Assembly (NCBI RefSeq): GCF_963853765.1
Contig: NC_088857.1
Location: 3,844,001 to 3,908,000 of the forward strand
Direction of reading: 5' to 3'
DNA length: 64,000 nucleotides
Source: Magallana gigas
Taxonomy: Eukaryota
Of the stretch, positions 50,493-64,000 are shown piece by piece. The notes below the pieces were generated by a model. The model was not told the DNA's origin, did not search any database, and was given only the letters and a program-made list of their open reading frames with translations. Both the position numbers and the translations under genes were made by a program. Position 1 is the first letter of the stretch, and each line of letters begins with the position of its first letter.

Positions 50493-50889
50493 AACAAGTT
50501 GTGGATAAGATTAGTTATCTTTCGCAAATGAATCTGTATGTGATTTTGGAATTGTCAGAAACGCAAGGAATATCTACCAAAAATATATGTAATAGTCTTA
50601 ATAAATCGGACCAAAAAAGTTAGGGATTAAGCTATGTGTTTTTTCAACCCCTATACCTCTCAGTGTTCAGTCCCTTATGCATCTAAAAAAGAGACCTGAT
50701 GGAATTATTGGACGTTTTTCTCCACTAATCGCAGTATAAATCACAAAAAACAACATCAATGATTTCAGGTGCTTTGATTTTTGGGTGAATCACTGATTAG
50801 ATATGCTAATTAGTGAGATCTTCAAAGTAAATTGTCCCAGTAAGGTAGTGACTCCCATCAAACCGGCAAGGCGAAATATTTGTGGCCTT

Positions 50890-51040
50890 CAGGAGAACTA
50901 GCGGCCGGTGTCCCGCCATAAATAGGACTGCGGTCAGTGTCTCCCCGCGGTCGCTAGTCTTCCAGTACGTTGGCGGGAAATTTATACCAAAACACACAGA
51001 AGGAACCGAAATAGTGGTAACCAATGAGGGTAAAGCCAAT
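50890..51040. promoter_or_regulatory. Orphan promoter-like GC island (E2F plus two CCAAT boxes)
   Basis: TTGGCGGGAAA 50970-50980; CCAAT 51021-51025 and 51036-51040; CpG-rich. Confidence 0.35.
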
Positions 51041-54000
51041 CTGAAACAAAGTCGTATCATGCATGGTAAAGTAACGCATTTCAAAATTCAAAGGTACATG
51101 TAGGTGTCCAATTCCTGAAAGTGTTTGAGAAGTCAGCAATTAATGTCATGCTTTTAATTGCTGAAAACAAAAGACCAAAAAACCAGAAGATGTTTTTATA
51201 TCAGAGAGGACCCCCACAGTAACAAACTGGTTTCCTCATGTCGCACTGCTGAATCACAGCGTATAAATGTCATGGACCGGTCCCCTGTAAGACATCCACA
51301 AACCAATAAAGTCATTGAGATTTAATTGGTCCTGTATCGGGAAGGCTGGAGACTGAACTAATGTAAACAAATTACACAAAACCTCGTGACGTATGACGCG
51401 ATTTGTTTGGGCAGATTAGTTATTCATAAGGCCTTAAAATGAAAAAAAAAATGTGTACATATCTTAATGCTTTGCTTTTCAAACTGTAAGTTTAATTCAA
51501 GACATGAAGGTTTTTTATATAAGTTATCATAGCATTGATAACGGTATTTCATTGGTTTCTCTTCTGTTATTGATTGGTCATTTTTCATTCCATTGTGCCA
51601 ACAAATGAAGTTTACTGTACGTAAATTTTTGTAGAATCAATAATTGAAATTTGCATGTATTTGTTGGAAATGTTTTCAGTACCATATTCAATATAAATGT
51701 ACTATCAGTAAAAAATTTATTCAAGCTTTTTACTTTTTGTAATGAATAATGAAAAGTTGTTACATTATTTTCTTTGTACTATATCATATTTCATAATATA
51801 TTGCAGATGAATAAAATTCTAATCGAAGTTTGTTCTAAAAAGGGACAAATGAAAACATAAAAAACGCATTTAAATCAAATTGATAACTAACTATTATAAA
51901 TACGTAAAAACCAATCACATTAATACAAATTAATTTTCTTTATCCGTCTATTATGTTTTATTGATAACGATTTTATATAAAAGTACTTTGATAACCCGGT
52001 GAAAGCAACTTTAATAAATTGCAAAATACTGTAAAACGGTGATCGTTCATACCATTTGCTTTCAGCAATTATGTGGTAGTTGTTTATCAAATAACACAGA
52101 TTGAAATAACGCATAGTAAGTTAAAGTCGTAAATTAACTCCGTATGATTTTTTTTTATATTGATGATTTTCATGTAAGTACATATCGATTAAATGTGTGC
52201 AAATAAACACCAAATTATTGGTGGAAGAAGCACAGCAGTACAAAATATAAAAAGAAAAACTACATGTACCATTTTTTAAAAAGAAGTTGATTGATTGAGG
52301 TTTACAAATTTTCTCATTTAGTTTTATTCATTGATGAAAAAAAATCAGTAAAAAAGTTTTAGGGTGAACTGAGGCTTAGAATCTGAAACAATTCAAATGT
52401 TTGATGTTTAAAGAATAAAATCCAGAACCTTAGAATGTTGGATGGCCAGCAATCGGACCGACAAAAGCCATCTTTCAACTTCCTAAATCTAAATAATTGA
52501 CTACAATCTAAATATTGATGACATGTTCCCACCTCATATAATTGTGAAATTCATACGCCTCTTCTTTGTCCCAGATTGAAAAATACTTATGAATGGTATG
52601 GCTAAAATAACCTTTGAAAGCTGTAAACATACAAAGAGCTAAAAAATTAAAATCATACACATTGAAGTATACATGTATTATGACTACAACATCAACTCGA
52701 TTTGTGTGACTATTTTATTTAAAATAATGTAACTATAAAAAAGAGAAGACTTTACCCCTCTCTAGAATTTTAAGATATTTTAAAATGATAATACATTATT
52801 ACTAATATCGAAACTTAAATCGTAATGACTCGACATTCTCAAACCAATAAAATTGGGATAATAAAAAGGTAATTGTTTCTTAAAGTGAATGTCGATGTAC
52901 GTAGAGATGTTTCAACATTGAAAAATATTTTGATCCTGTATTCCTATGGTAGAAAATGCAATATTGATTTCGAAAGACACATCATGCACAACGAGCAGAC
53001 CTTTGGTAAACTGTCTTTTCTGAGAAAGAACGAGATTTATGTAAAATAATTTGATGACTTGCAGTCTGATTTCTGATTTACAACGAAAGGGGTTTTGGAG
53101 CAGCCTTATTTTTCAAATTGCTGAACATTAGAACTCAACATTCTCAATATGAATGTGAGTGTTTAAATTGGGGGTTAACTTGAACTTAGGATTTTACATA
53201 AAACTTTTATTAGCTTTTAACACCAGTTTTAATTTTATCTGAAAAAAAATGTTTTGAAGTGTATTGTTTTAAAATAAAATGCATTAGAAAAAGATTATCG
53301 GTTAAAGAAGATGCTACATCCTTTTTCGTATATGCTGCAGGTATAGAGCATATTTGTGTTGGAACCATATATTGCGATGATTGACCCCTTGCATCACATC
53401 CTAGGGCTGTTTGATGAGAACTTTAATAATAAAAATTGTGTGAAATAGCTCATCTACATGTAAATGCCATGTTATAAACCTTTATTGTAACGGTCGACGA
53501 GGGTGACTTTCAATATTTTTGATTTTCATGACTGTGACATTTTTACACCATGAGTCATTAAGATAAAAGGGATCTACCACACTTCAAAAAGATAACTGTT
53601 CATTGTTTGTGAATTCCTATTTAAGGTGATTTACATAAATCAAATGTAACACCAAGTTCGTCTGTTAAGCTAGGACAATTCTTTTATTCTAAATGTAGGT
53701 ACTTCAAAGATCAAAACAACGCATTGCTGTTTGATACTAGTACTTAAATAATATCACCCCACACCCTTTACAAAGAAATATAATTACAAAGTTAGGAAAC
53801 TCTTTTTCAAAACAAAATTTTCACCAAAGAATTGCACGTATATCTTACATCTTAGAAATTGGTTGATATTTCTAAATTCAACTTTTATCAAGTATATATG
53901 ATATATTTCACTGAAAGTTATTAACATGCATCGAAAATCACACCAACACCACCAACTGTTTTCTTTAAATAACATAGCATATTTATCTGTAACGTATTGT

Positions 54001-57000
54001 AATACAAGATTTATTTAATAAGGTAATTGTCTGTACTATCTTCTAATAAAAGATTCTCCGGAAAAGAAAACAGTGAAACTGGCTATATAGACTATAATTT
54101 AAAAAATAATTTTAAAAAATCGACTGGAAGGAAATGGTCTGTTGTTTTGCCAAATGCAAATTTTGTCTAAGAAGAAAATTTGTAGTTGGTATCTCCCTTA
54201 AAAAGATGCGTCTAATAAAATTAGTATCGTTTAAAACGAGACTCAGAGAGATTGAATGCATTTGTAAAAAAAAACAACCCACACATTTATTTTAAGCTGT
54301 TGTTATCAAATCACACCGGGCAGGTGTAGCATCGCGACAGAAATATACCAGTACATTAAGCGAACGCCCTTTTGTGAGTTTTTTACTGCATAAATCGACA
54401 CTTAACACATCAGCGCTTTGACCACACAAGCAATATGGCTTTAGTCCTGTCCATTCCCCAAATATTCCCCCCCAAACTTCAAAAAACAAACAAACAATCA
54501 TGGGTCAATACTCGTGCTGACAAGGTTTGGGTTTTAAGGGGTCTGACATAACACTGACAAACTCGACGAATAAAACGTTATTTACGGCACCTTTAAACGT
54601 GAGGACGTTTTCTTGGAGGTTTTATGGTTTAAGATTTGCCAGGCAATGCTTGCAGTAACATCTAGTCCGGCTATATAACGACAGGACAACGTCTCTTGAG
54701 CAGTGATTATTCCCTTGTTTTTACTTGTCACTTTGGGATCAATGTTTTCTATGTATATTGAATAAATAATATCTTTACGACCAAAATAGTTGTCTTCTCT
54801 TTATATAGCCCATCGGCCTGAAGTTACAACCCGGTACCTCGGAAGAACAACAACCACCGGACTCTTACCATTGTACTTGATGGGTGTACTTATTATTTTA
54901 ACTGCATCAGACCTCAAAACTTTATATGTATATTTCTGGGGTTTGAGCCATCGATAAGGCAAGTCTCAGATCGAGAGAGAAAAATGAAATTATGAATTAT
55001 TCACAACTGAATATGAAATAATGTTTATTTAAGAGAAAACAGGCAAAGAAGCCAAAGTACACGATGTATTGGATTGAGCCCGTGCTCGCGTGGTATATGA
55101 CATTTTGTCACATGACAGCCTATGATGGCGGACACTACAAACGACCGAACTTAATGAGTAAGTTATCTCCTGTATATTAAATGTAATGATGGTCATCCAT
55201 TATCAGCAAAGAATCTGTGTTTGACCAATCTAGCTCAGTTATTGCATTCACACACCTATTGCTCTCCAAATTAATCCCACGCTCGTAAAACAGTCCAGCA
55301 AGTGTTGCTATTACACCAGGTGACCACAATAATGATACATCTTTGTCGGAGATATTAGACACCACGTGGACAACTAGTGTTGGAGTAGTTTGCATATCAT
55401 AAATATGTACAGGATCTACACTGCTCATTCTCTTTGTTGTTGAAATGCATTTTTGACATTTTTGGAACGTATCTGCTACAGAGTTAATTATTAAAAAAAA
55501 AGTTGTGCAGTTGTCGAATTATTTATTGTTGAAAAAAATTGTTTTAGGCTTTTCGTTTAAAGCTTTTTCTTTGTTTATCTGATGTGTCTTTTTGCAATAG
55601 ATGAGAATACAAATGTAGAATTTTGCTGTTGTGAAAAACTGTAATAAAGGCGTTTATATGTGAGTACTTATAACTGTGTTTAAATGGAGACAAAATAAGA
55701 GGTAATGGCCTTTCATCAATAATTTTCCATAATAAGAACACATCCAGCCATAAAGTTCATTTTGGTACAAGTCCAAATGACCTTTCGGGCTTGTGACAAT
55801 GCGCTAGTGAGGCCGATGTTTAAGGACGCCTGGCGTGTGATTGAGTTCTGGTTGTCGTAAAACGCTCATGAGCAGGGCCGTAACTCTCGCCACAAAGACA
55901 CTAAAGCCGTCACCGCATTCGTCTCCAAGGGAAGTCAACCATCGAAAAATCATCGCCATCAAACGCAAAAAATAAAACCGAAAGCATCTGAGCAATAGAC
56001 GCCTGTAACAGATGGTGTTAGTTTCTGCAGGGCAAAGGTGCTTTGTCTTTCCTTAATTGCAATTTTTTTTCTATAATCAGAAAAAGAGGACATTATAAAT
56101 GCAATGCAACTGTTTATTGTTAATAAATAACGATGTCATTATTATAATATGCTTGTTAACAGGATTCACCTAATTTTTGTATTGTTCTTTTTGCATAATT
56201 GAAACAACAAATATCGCATTTGGTAACCGCTGTAATGTAGAAGATTTAAGAATTTTTTGTAATAAGGTAAAAAAAAAAGATAAGTTGAAATCACAAAAAC
56301 AAAGAAATGTGTTACAATAAAATTTCACTCTTGACTCTAAACTTCAATATTCTGATCAACTATGAAACATGTTACAATAATCATATTATTGATTGAGTAT
56401 TATTGGACTCAAAACCTTGAACGCTTGCTAAATGAATTATTAATCATGTAAGTAATAAATGGCACATGTCATTTAAAAAACGGACATAAATTCCTAAAGG
56501 TGCCATATTCCGACGTCACTGTAGGTCTATCGAAACATACAGACCTTGCAGAGGAGGTCAGAAGAAAATTTCTGGAAATGTCAATCATAAGAACACCTGA
56601 TTGACCAATACAGTGACATACATAGATGCTTGGGTTATTACATTTATATAACATGGACCATGGACTTAAAGGTCAGACGATACGTTCCTCGAGCATCTGA
56701 TGAAAAAATGATTTTATATATAAATGCCAAAAACGTTTATATCAGCAATTCAAGTGTATTTTCAATAAGATAATATAGGAAATTGCATAATCTATAGTAT
56801 CTTGCACAAATGCCTGATAAGATATCCTAACTTTTTTGCATGAAAGCTTGTCAAAATAAAAGAAAATCATTTTCTGGAAAACGTTGTATAAAGTTGAGGA
56901 ACGTTTCATCTAACCTTAGACCTGTAGATATCTTGTAACATGTTGCTACTGAATAACTAGATTAAGGTAACTATAGTATACAACAGTAGAGACAATGTTT

Positions 57001-60000
57001 TCTAATAACTCAATTTTTCCCACATCGCTTCAAACCTACCATTTCTAGCTCTTTTCAGAGGAGTGAAGAAAGAAAATATAATTGCATGGTAAAAAAAATA
57101 GTTTTTAATACTATACAAATGCTTGTGGTGCTATTTATAAGAGGTAACTTTTCAATACTTTTATAAATGTTAAAAATAAATATTTTAAAAATGTAGTTAA
57201 AATTGTGATGTAACAAAATATATGAATAGTGCTTGTTAAATGCCTACATATATTTTTATTGATAAATTATTATTAAAAGGTCTTTAAAAATGAAGTTGTA
57301 TAATTCAGATTAAAATAAAATTTCACGTTTAATTGTCATAACCCTATTGTTAAGATTTAACAAAACAAGGAGAATTTTCAAATTATATCATTTTTTTTTT
57401 TGGAATTTTAAGGTTAAAACCCATTTGATACAAGTGAAAATCGATAAAAATCGTGGATGAAATGTCACCACATTTAATATAACCTTGAAATTCGATATGC
57501 TTGCCGGAATACTAGTGATGACTATGTCCAAACTTTACTATAAAGGTAAACAAGTTCTTCTTTGTAAGAAAACTACATTGCACAAAGATCCATGCAGTGA
57601 ACATCATTCAGATGATGTTTTTGATAAGTCATGCTCAAAATATCTGATAGCTCGAATTTTTCTTTTTTGAATATAAAGCGTATGGAATGATTGATATTTT
57701 TTTTCAGGAAAAAAATTCAAATTAACTTTATGAACATTATTTCATTACATTTTGTTCTTTGTATATACATGTACAAAAAATATTTCGTAAATTTCATATT
57801 TCGGTTACAGACGCTCTACATAAAACGATAAATTAAATCTTCAATTTCTAACTGGTATACTGTGGAATTAACAACAAATAATTGACAACGAATTAAATCG
57901 GTGTTTTATAATACAGTGTATATGAAACTAACAAAAAGTTTTAATAGAACATAATAACTTTTTTTTTATATTTCTTATTTCTTGCAAAACAGCTATAGAG
58001 AATAACATTTGGAATAGTAATGCAGATACATGTTAATAAATAACATTTTATTGAAGACAATAAATTAAAGAAAAAAAACTCTTACAAGTTTTGAACCTGA
58101 AGAACTGCAAACTGACTGTAAAATGCGTTGAAAAAGACAAGTGAATAACAATTTTGATTATTTTGTAAAATGACATACTTGTATAAAAATCTTAAAAAAC
58201 AAAACAAATTGCATCCATCTTCTTCTCTTTGGGTGTACAGAGAGTAAGGTAAAAACAATTCAAAAGAACACATCAAACATCTATAGCATGCAACATTTTT
58301 TGAAACAGCCTGAATTTAGTCGGTCTATGTAGCATAAAATATAAATTAATAAATATAAACTACAGGAATAGTTTGTGATAGATGCCGATATCAATGATTG
58401 TTAGTATAGTTTCCGTAGAAAGTGGAATTTAGCTAAAACTTATTTCTCAACATTCACAGTTTTGATAAATTAATCTGTCTTCTTTAGAAAAATGACTGCC
58501 CTTACAGAGTGCGGTGTTTGTAAGCACAGACGTGGCATACACGTGACACGCTTCATCGTTTTTGCACATTGAAAACGAAACTTTACAAAAGATACTGACT
58601 TCTCTAATTACATGTATGTGACTTTCCTGAGAATTCATTATGTTATCTAAACTTTTTTGGGGTGATTTTGTGTATTGTTTATTTGTTTACTTTGTAAAAT
58701 GTTTGTTTATTTATCATCATTTGGTTTTTTTTTGCTTTTTATTTATTTTGTAGATATCACTCATTTAACCAGTAAAAAGGCAGGATTTTATATGATGGAT
58801 GAGCACGAGCAAAATTTGTTCAGAATTCGCTGGAAGCTATCGTATGAAGAATGTGCCATGAGAGACAACTCAGATATCTTTGTTACAATAGTTTTTCTGA
58901 AATATGTAGTGTGTTTTTACAGAAGAAATGAAGAAGTTACTTTCTCCATTTTTTTGTGAAAAAAAAAATGATACATTAATAGTATAATATTACTCGACCG
59001 AATTCAAAACAAGTACCTAATTCATTTCAGTTTTTCATTAAAAAAAGAAGACAATAGATGATATATATTTATATAAAAAAAACCAAATATATCGAATGTT
59101 GGCAAGAAAAAATTAGAAAGTGAAAACATTTGCACCATTTTAGTCCATCCTCTTCTTTCTTCCTTTATAGCCGATTATAAATTGTTTCTTTTGAAAAAAG
59201 CATGATCCGTCATTTCTCGACTGAACTCAGTGTAATTACACTTTGCATATGTGAATTGTTTCTAAAGAATCTGTGTTTTTATTTCATTTGCAGATACTTT
59301 TTTACATTCATTTTGCTGATGTTTTTTTGTTTGAATGTTGAAATTAAATGTAAAATAAACTTTTTTAGTAAAGTTTATATAAGTGTTACAAAAATGCGTT
59401 TGTCCACATTTGAATGTATATATCTTGTAAAAATGAAATGAAGAAGTTTTGCTTAAATAGTTAAACAGTATTCCAATAACAGTAAGCGATAGTTACATGA
59501 TTTTTAAGAAACTCAATTTTGGTTGATATATATGAAAAATTTCATATACATATCATTTACAAAAAGTATAGCTAATGTGGCGTTTCCGAAAGAAATATTC
59601 ATGACACAACAATATAAGATAAGAGATAAAACATTCTTCATTTCTTTCACATCACGAGAGAGTATTATGTTGTTTAACATGAAACTAAATGACAGAAAGT
59701 AATAGGAGAAAAATAAACATAAACACAAACATATTTGCAAGCAGTTTGGGGGAAAACAATATTCAATTTACAGAATGGTCCTACAGTAAAGATACAAATT
59801 TCGATACACAAATCATAATTTTTTTTCCACTTTTCAAAAGTAATTTGAGTAAAACTGGTATTCGCAATGTACCCTTATAGAGCCAAATATTGGATTTCGG
59901 TGTCTTGCAAATCAAAAGAAACATATTCAAATACATCTAAAATATCTAATAAATCCTGTAAAAGTTTATCTCTATCATTCATAAATAATAAACAACTGAG

Positions 60001-60415
60001 CATTCAATACAGAATGCAATGAATTCATTTCTTTGTAACATGTATCTTTTATCTCAAAATATTTGTAAAGGGGAATTCAATATAATTTGTGTAATGTTTT
60101 TGATCCACCTGCAACTACTGCTAACAATATCAGAGTAATAAAGACAGAAGAAGCTGAATGGAGTCAAAGACATTGGCAGACATGGAGGATACAGAACCCA
60201 ATTACATTCATATATATCATAGAAATAAACAAAAAAAAAGAGTTGTTAATGATATAAGTTAGTAATCTACATACATCCACAGAACCTGATAACTTCTGGT
60301 AATACATTTATATTCAACATTTACCATTGAGACATTTCTTTTCTTTTTTTAAATTCAATTTTTCCTAATTGCAGCAGTTAACATAATCTTTTCTATTAAA
60401 AAATCCTTTTTAAAT

Positions 60416-61350
60416 ACTAGACTTTGACCCGTGCGTGCACGGGTTGACATTGCATATCGGACATTTCCGAAATAGGTACATCGACACACGTTATTATTTA
60501 CATTTACATAACGAAGCTATAAGCCTACACTAATGCTATTAATTTCACTACACTTTCCTTTTTTTTAATAATCTGTGTCTCGGGAAAGGCCCTCATCACA
60601 GATAGAATGCCCGTAGTGTAGCAGAAAATTGCAGAATCGCTCCGGAACGCTTTTGGAGAAAGTTAATGAAGTTGACTTGAAAATAACAGTCAAATTCATC
60701 ACAACAAACCTTTTTGAGACTGCAAATACCTTTCAACTACAAATTTCAATCCACAGAATGGAAGAATTCAACACTTTTTCACCAATGTACACGTATTTTC
60801 TTTGTAAAACTGGGTCCATAGGACATTATTTTTAATGATAAAACATATTCTATCTTCTTCACTCTCCTAACAAATATAATGTAACTTTTTTGCATGTAAT
60901 CAAATATTTTTGTCATCACGAAGACAAAAGTAAGTACTTAGTTGAAATGTACATCTATATTTGTTATTTTATACTTTCTCTCATCAGAAATCATTATTAT
61001 ATATGAACAGAATATATAGCAAAAGTCCAATGAAAATTTACCCGTATTTCTGAGTTTATTCATGCAGATGTGATATTGTGGACATAAACTAAAGATCCCG
61101 TTAGCGTGAATGTTTTGCGCAAGCGCAAGATTGTAAAATCCAAAGAATCCAGGTGATTTCCGGGATTTTTTGAGGAACTTTCGTTGATTTTTAATTAGCG
61201 AAGCTTAACTAAGAAAAAATAAAAACAAATTGGTAATCTTCAAGTACCAATGATGTTTAAAATATATCAAACAAAAGCCAGTAGTCTTCCGATTTCTCGG
61301 TATTAAAGACAAAAAATTCGAGTCTATTATTTTAATATAGTAGTATTGAT
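60416..61350 (+). mobile_element. Helitron/Helentron-like non-autonomous element
   Basis: Starts ACTAGACTTTGACCCGTGCGTGCACGGG (CCCGTGC/GCACGGG hairpin) and ends TATTATTTTAATATAGTAGTATTGAT, an end pattern typical of DINE/HINE-type elements. Confidence 0.6.
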
Positions 61351-63647
61351 GTTCCATGGGCACAATAAGGATAATAACTTATTTTTATAATGATTTAAAT
61401 CTGGTCGTAACGGCACATTTAATTGGCTAAAACAATTTCAATATATTCTTTTTACATAACATCGCGGTTTATAAAGCCTTAACTGGCCTATATAATGTAA
61501 TACATGTATAGTATAACATAGGTAGATATTGAATTTATTCCTAAAATAAAATATACTTCTTGACATACTGAACAGTTTGTACATAGTAGTTTGTACCTAT
61601 AAGTAACATATTTTAGCAAGAGTATCATAAAAAAAGATCTAAAAGAAATCTCACAGGATGACGCTTTGTCTGAATATTAAATGAAAGGTCTGAAAAGGTG
61701 ACCGAACGGCATAGCTATGTCATTTAGTCACCTTTAAGTTATCTTTTAGTCGCCTTTTAGTTGACCGAATGGCAGACAATCATCATGTAAAGAAATCAGG
61801 TAAACAGAATGACCATGGAAGTATCCATTGATACACAAAATGATAGAAGATCCAGACCGTTTTTTTTCCCATTACAGGTATAATTACCTTCTTGTGTTCC
61901 ATAAATAAGTCTCGTTTTTATATTTTGCATATCAGAATTCATTACTTTCTTTGCCTTTCTGTGCTAAGGGTTTCACACAATTCTCATTTAAGGTTATGCA
62001 ACTTCTAAATGTCGATCAAAAAAGACATATTCAGGACAAAGAAGATCTCATAAAGATGAAACTTGAAATGTGGCTTTCAAACATCTACTGTTTTGGTCGA
62101 ATTAAACCAAAATTCAAATATAGAAGCTTGTTTGATTGACATTTAATAAGCTTACATAATAAGTGTTGACACTCATTTTAATTATGTGTTTCATGATTAC
62201 TTACAGCTGGAATTAATTTTCTTTTTTTTCTTTTCAAAAATAAAAGATAACAACAAACAAGCACTTTTACTAAAGTCCATATCTTATATAAATGTTCCAT
62301 ATATAAATCAACAAATATTCTTTTTTGTTTATAGATCTACATGTATATTTTGTTTGCAATCGATTCTCTGGTTTCTTTTCAACGTCTTTTCCCTTTCACC
62401 TCCGCGAACCTTTTGTAATCAAGTTCTATTAACACACAGTTTGGTTTTGTCTTCTCTGCAATATCGGATGGTCGTAGAAAACAGAAAAGAACCAAACAAA
62501 CTCAAATAAAGCTTTACTTTGTATGTTCTTTGCAATGCTTTTGTAACCGTTATGTTATGAAATAAACACCATACATTATTTTTCTACTTCTCCTCTATAG
62601 ACGACACATAACAAAATCTTATTAATTTTCGAAATCAGAGCAGAAAAGCACGCGTCTACCAAAACATGCACGTGTTGAATACATGTATATTTTAGCGGTC
62701 AATATTGCATGCATATTATTACATGAAAGCTACGTAGGCCTGAGTATTGTAAGAGGAAAAGGGTAGCTGATAAGATGAAAGTACGAAGAATTGATTTAAA
62801 AAAAAAATATTAACCGAAACTAAGAAAGAAATCAAACAGAAGAGTCGACCTATTTCTACTTCCAGAACATTTACAATTGATATCATTTACTCACAATTTT
62901 GCAAGGAAATATCTGCATTACCAAGACAACATTGTTTTGGGAAATTTAGATGACGAACCAACATATTATTTCAACAACAGTTTCCGCATCAAACTAGAAT
63001 CATAATCTAATTAAGGCTACCGCCATGTTAAATTTTAGTATTTCTTAATCATCTGTGTTGTTTCCTTAAAATGACAAATTAGTTTTTGAAAGTAGCTTAG
63101 TCGTTACTTATGCCAAGTCTGTGATCTCCTGGCGACGATAAGTTTTTCCTAGAAATTTGCATTTTCATCATTTATTTAATTAGGTTTGGGTCGTAAATAG
63201 CATCTGTTAAAGCAAGATATTCTCACTTCGGTCCATCCTCCGGAGAACATAAAGATCGGGTTATTTTTGGTATACTGTTGTTTTAGTTGACAGGAAGATT
63301 TATGCTGCAGAAAATGATAACGTTCTTACAGTATAAATATCGAAATTCTGATCTCATTATAATACGAAAATATTTTAAAAGAATATGGAACATGAATACA
63401 CTTCTCATATACAATTAAATGATATTTGCTTGATATATGCTTGAATTTGTAAATACACCATAGTTACAGTCAGTAATAATAATAATATTTAATATCCATA
63501 CAGAAAAAAAATAAAAAGAAAATCGTTTTCATGATTCATACACGAAATTAGAATTCCCTTTTCGAAAGAAGCAAATGTATGACATGATTAATAGAACCAA
63601 ACTAATTCAGATTCATGCCATGGGTTCTAGGAAACCGATAATAGCCA

Positions 63648-64000
63648 GTATAGAGCAGCATTGGTTACGGTGTAGCATTGATAATGATGTTAGTATAGAG
63701 CAGCATTGGTTACGGTGTGGCATTGATAATGATGTTAGTATGGAGCAGCATTGATTACGGTGTAGCATTGAGATTAATGTTTGTATAGAGCAGCATTGAT
63801 TACGGAGTGCAATTGATAATGATGTTAGTATAAAGCAGCATTGATTACGGTGAAGCATTGATAATGATGTTAGTATAGAGCAGCATTGATTACGGTGAAG
63901 TACTGATAATGATGTTAGTATAGAGCAGCATTGATTACGGTGTACATGTAGCATTGAGATTAATGTTTGTATAGAGCAGCATTGATTACGGTGTAGCATT
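63648..64000. repeat. 45-bp minisatellite, at least 8 copies, runs off the window end
   Basis: Unit GTATAGAGCAGCATTGATTACGGTGTAGCATTGATAATGATGTTA with a variant ending GAGATTAATGTTT. Confidence 0.95.

Noticed and set aside
61690-61770. TCACCTTTAAG motifs like the En/Spm subterminal repeat
   Set aside because: Too short and without a TIR; at most a fragment of a related element.
63648-64000. CRISPR-like look (constant 25 bp plus variable 20 bp)
   Set aside because: The variable parts are related variants of one unit rather than unique spacers; eukaryotic context; no cas genes.
45000-64000. Hox2/proboscipedia or miR-10 upstream of Hox1
   Set aside because: No homeobox translation in the ORF track and no miR-10-like hairpin seen; miR-10 normally lies between Hox4 and Hox5.

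Overview
AT-rich animal genomic DNA with one 140-N gap (29660-29799). It is probably a bivalve (oyster-like), inferred from the repeat families and the labial-type protein. Two genes look intact: a two-exon Hox1/labial gene on the minus strand (44787..44238 spliced to 32863..32529, 294 aa, 11.4-kb intron) and a convergent class A GPCR of the FMRFamide-receptor-like group (+, 21104..22171). The main hidden object is a cGAS-like receptor (cGLR, Mab-21 nucleotidyltransferase) gene on the minus strand at about 9873..5890. It is cut in two by a 2,310-bp CACAG...CTGTG transposon with a TAT target duplication. Removing the element restores the frame and rejoins the GS..DxD catalytic motif to the Mab-21 C-lobe, but in-frame stops make this copy a pseudogene. 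The flanks are rich in non-autonomous DNA transposons, Helentron-like elements, a Penelope-like RT remnant and minisatellites. The Hox1 domain has few TEs and carries candidate Pbx/Hox1+Meis, nuclear-receptor and promoter motifs. Regulatory calls are motif-level inferences, and TE family names come from terminal structure rather than a database search.
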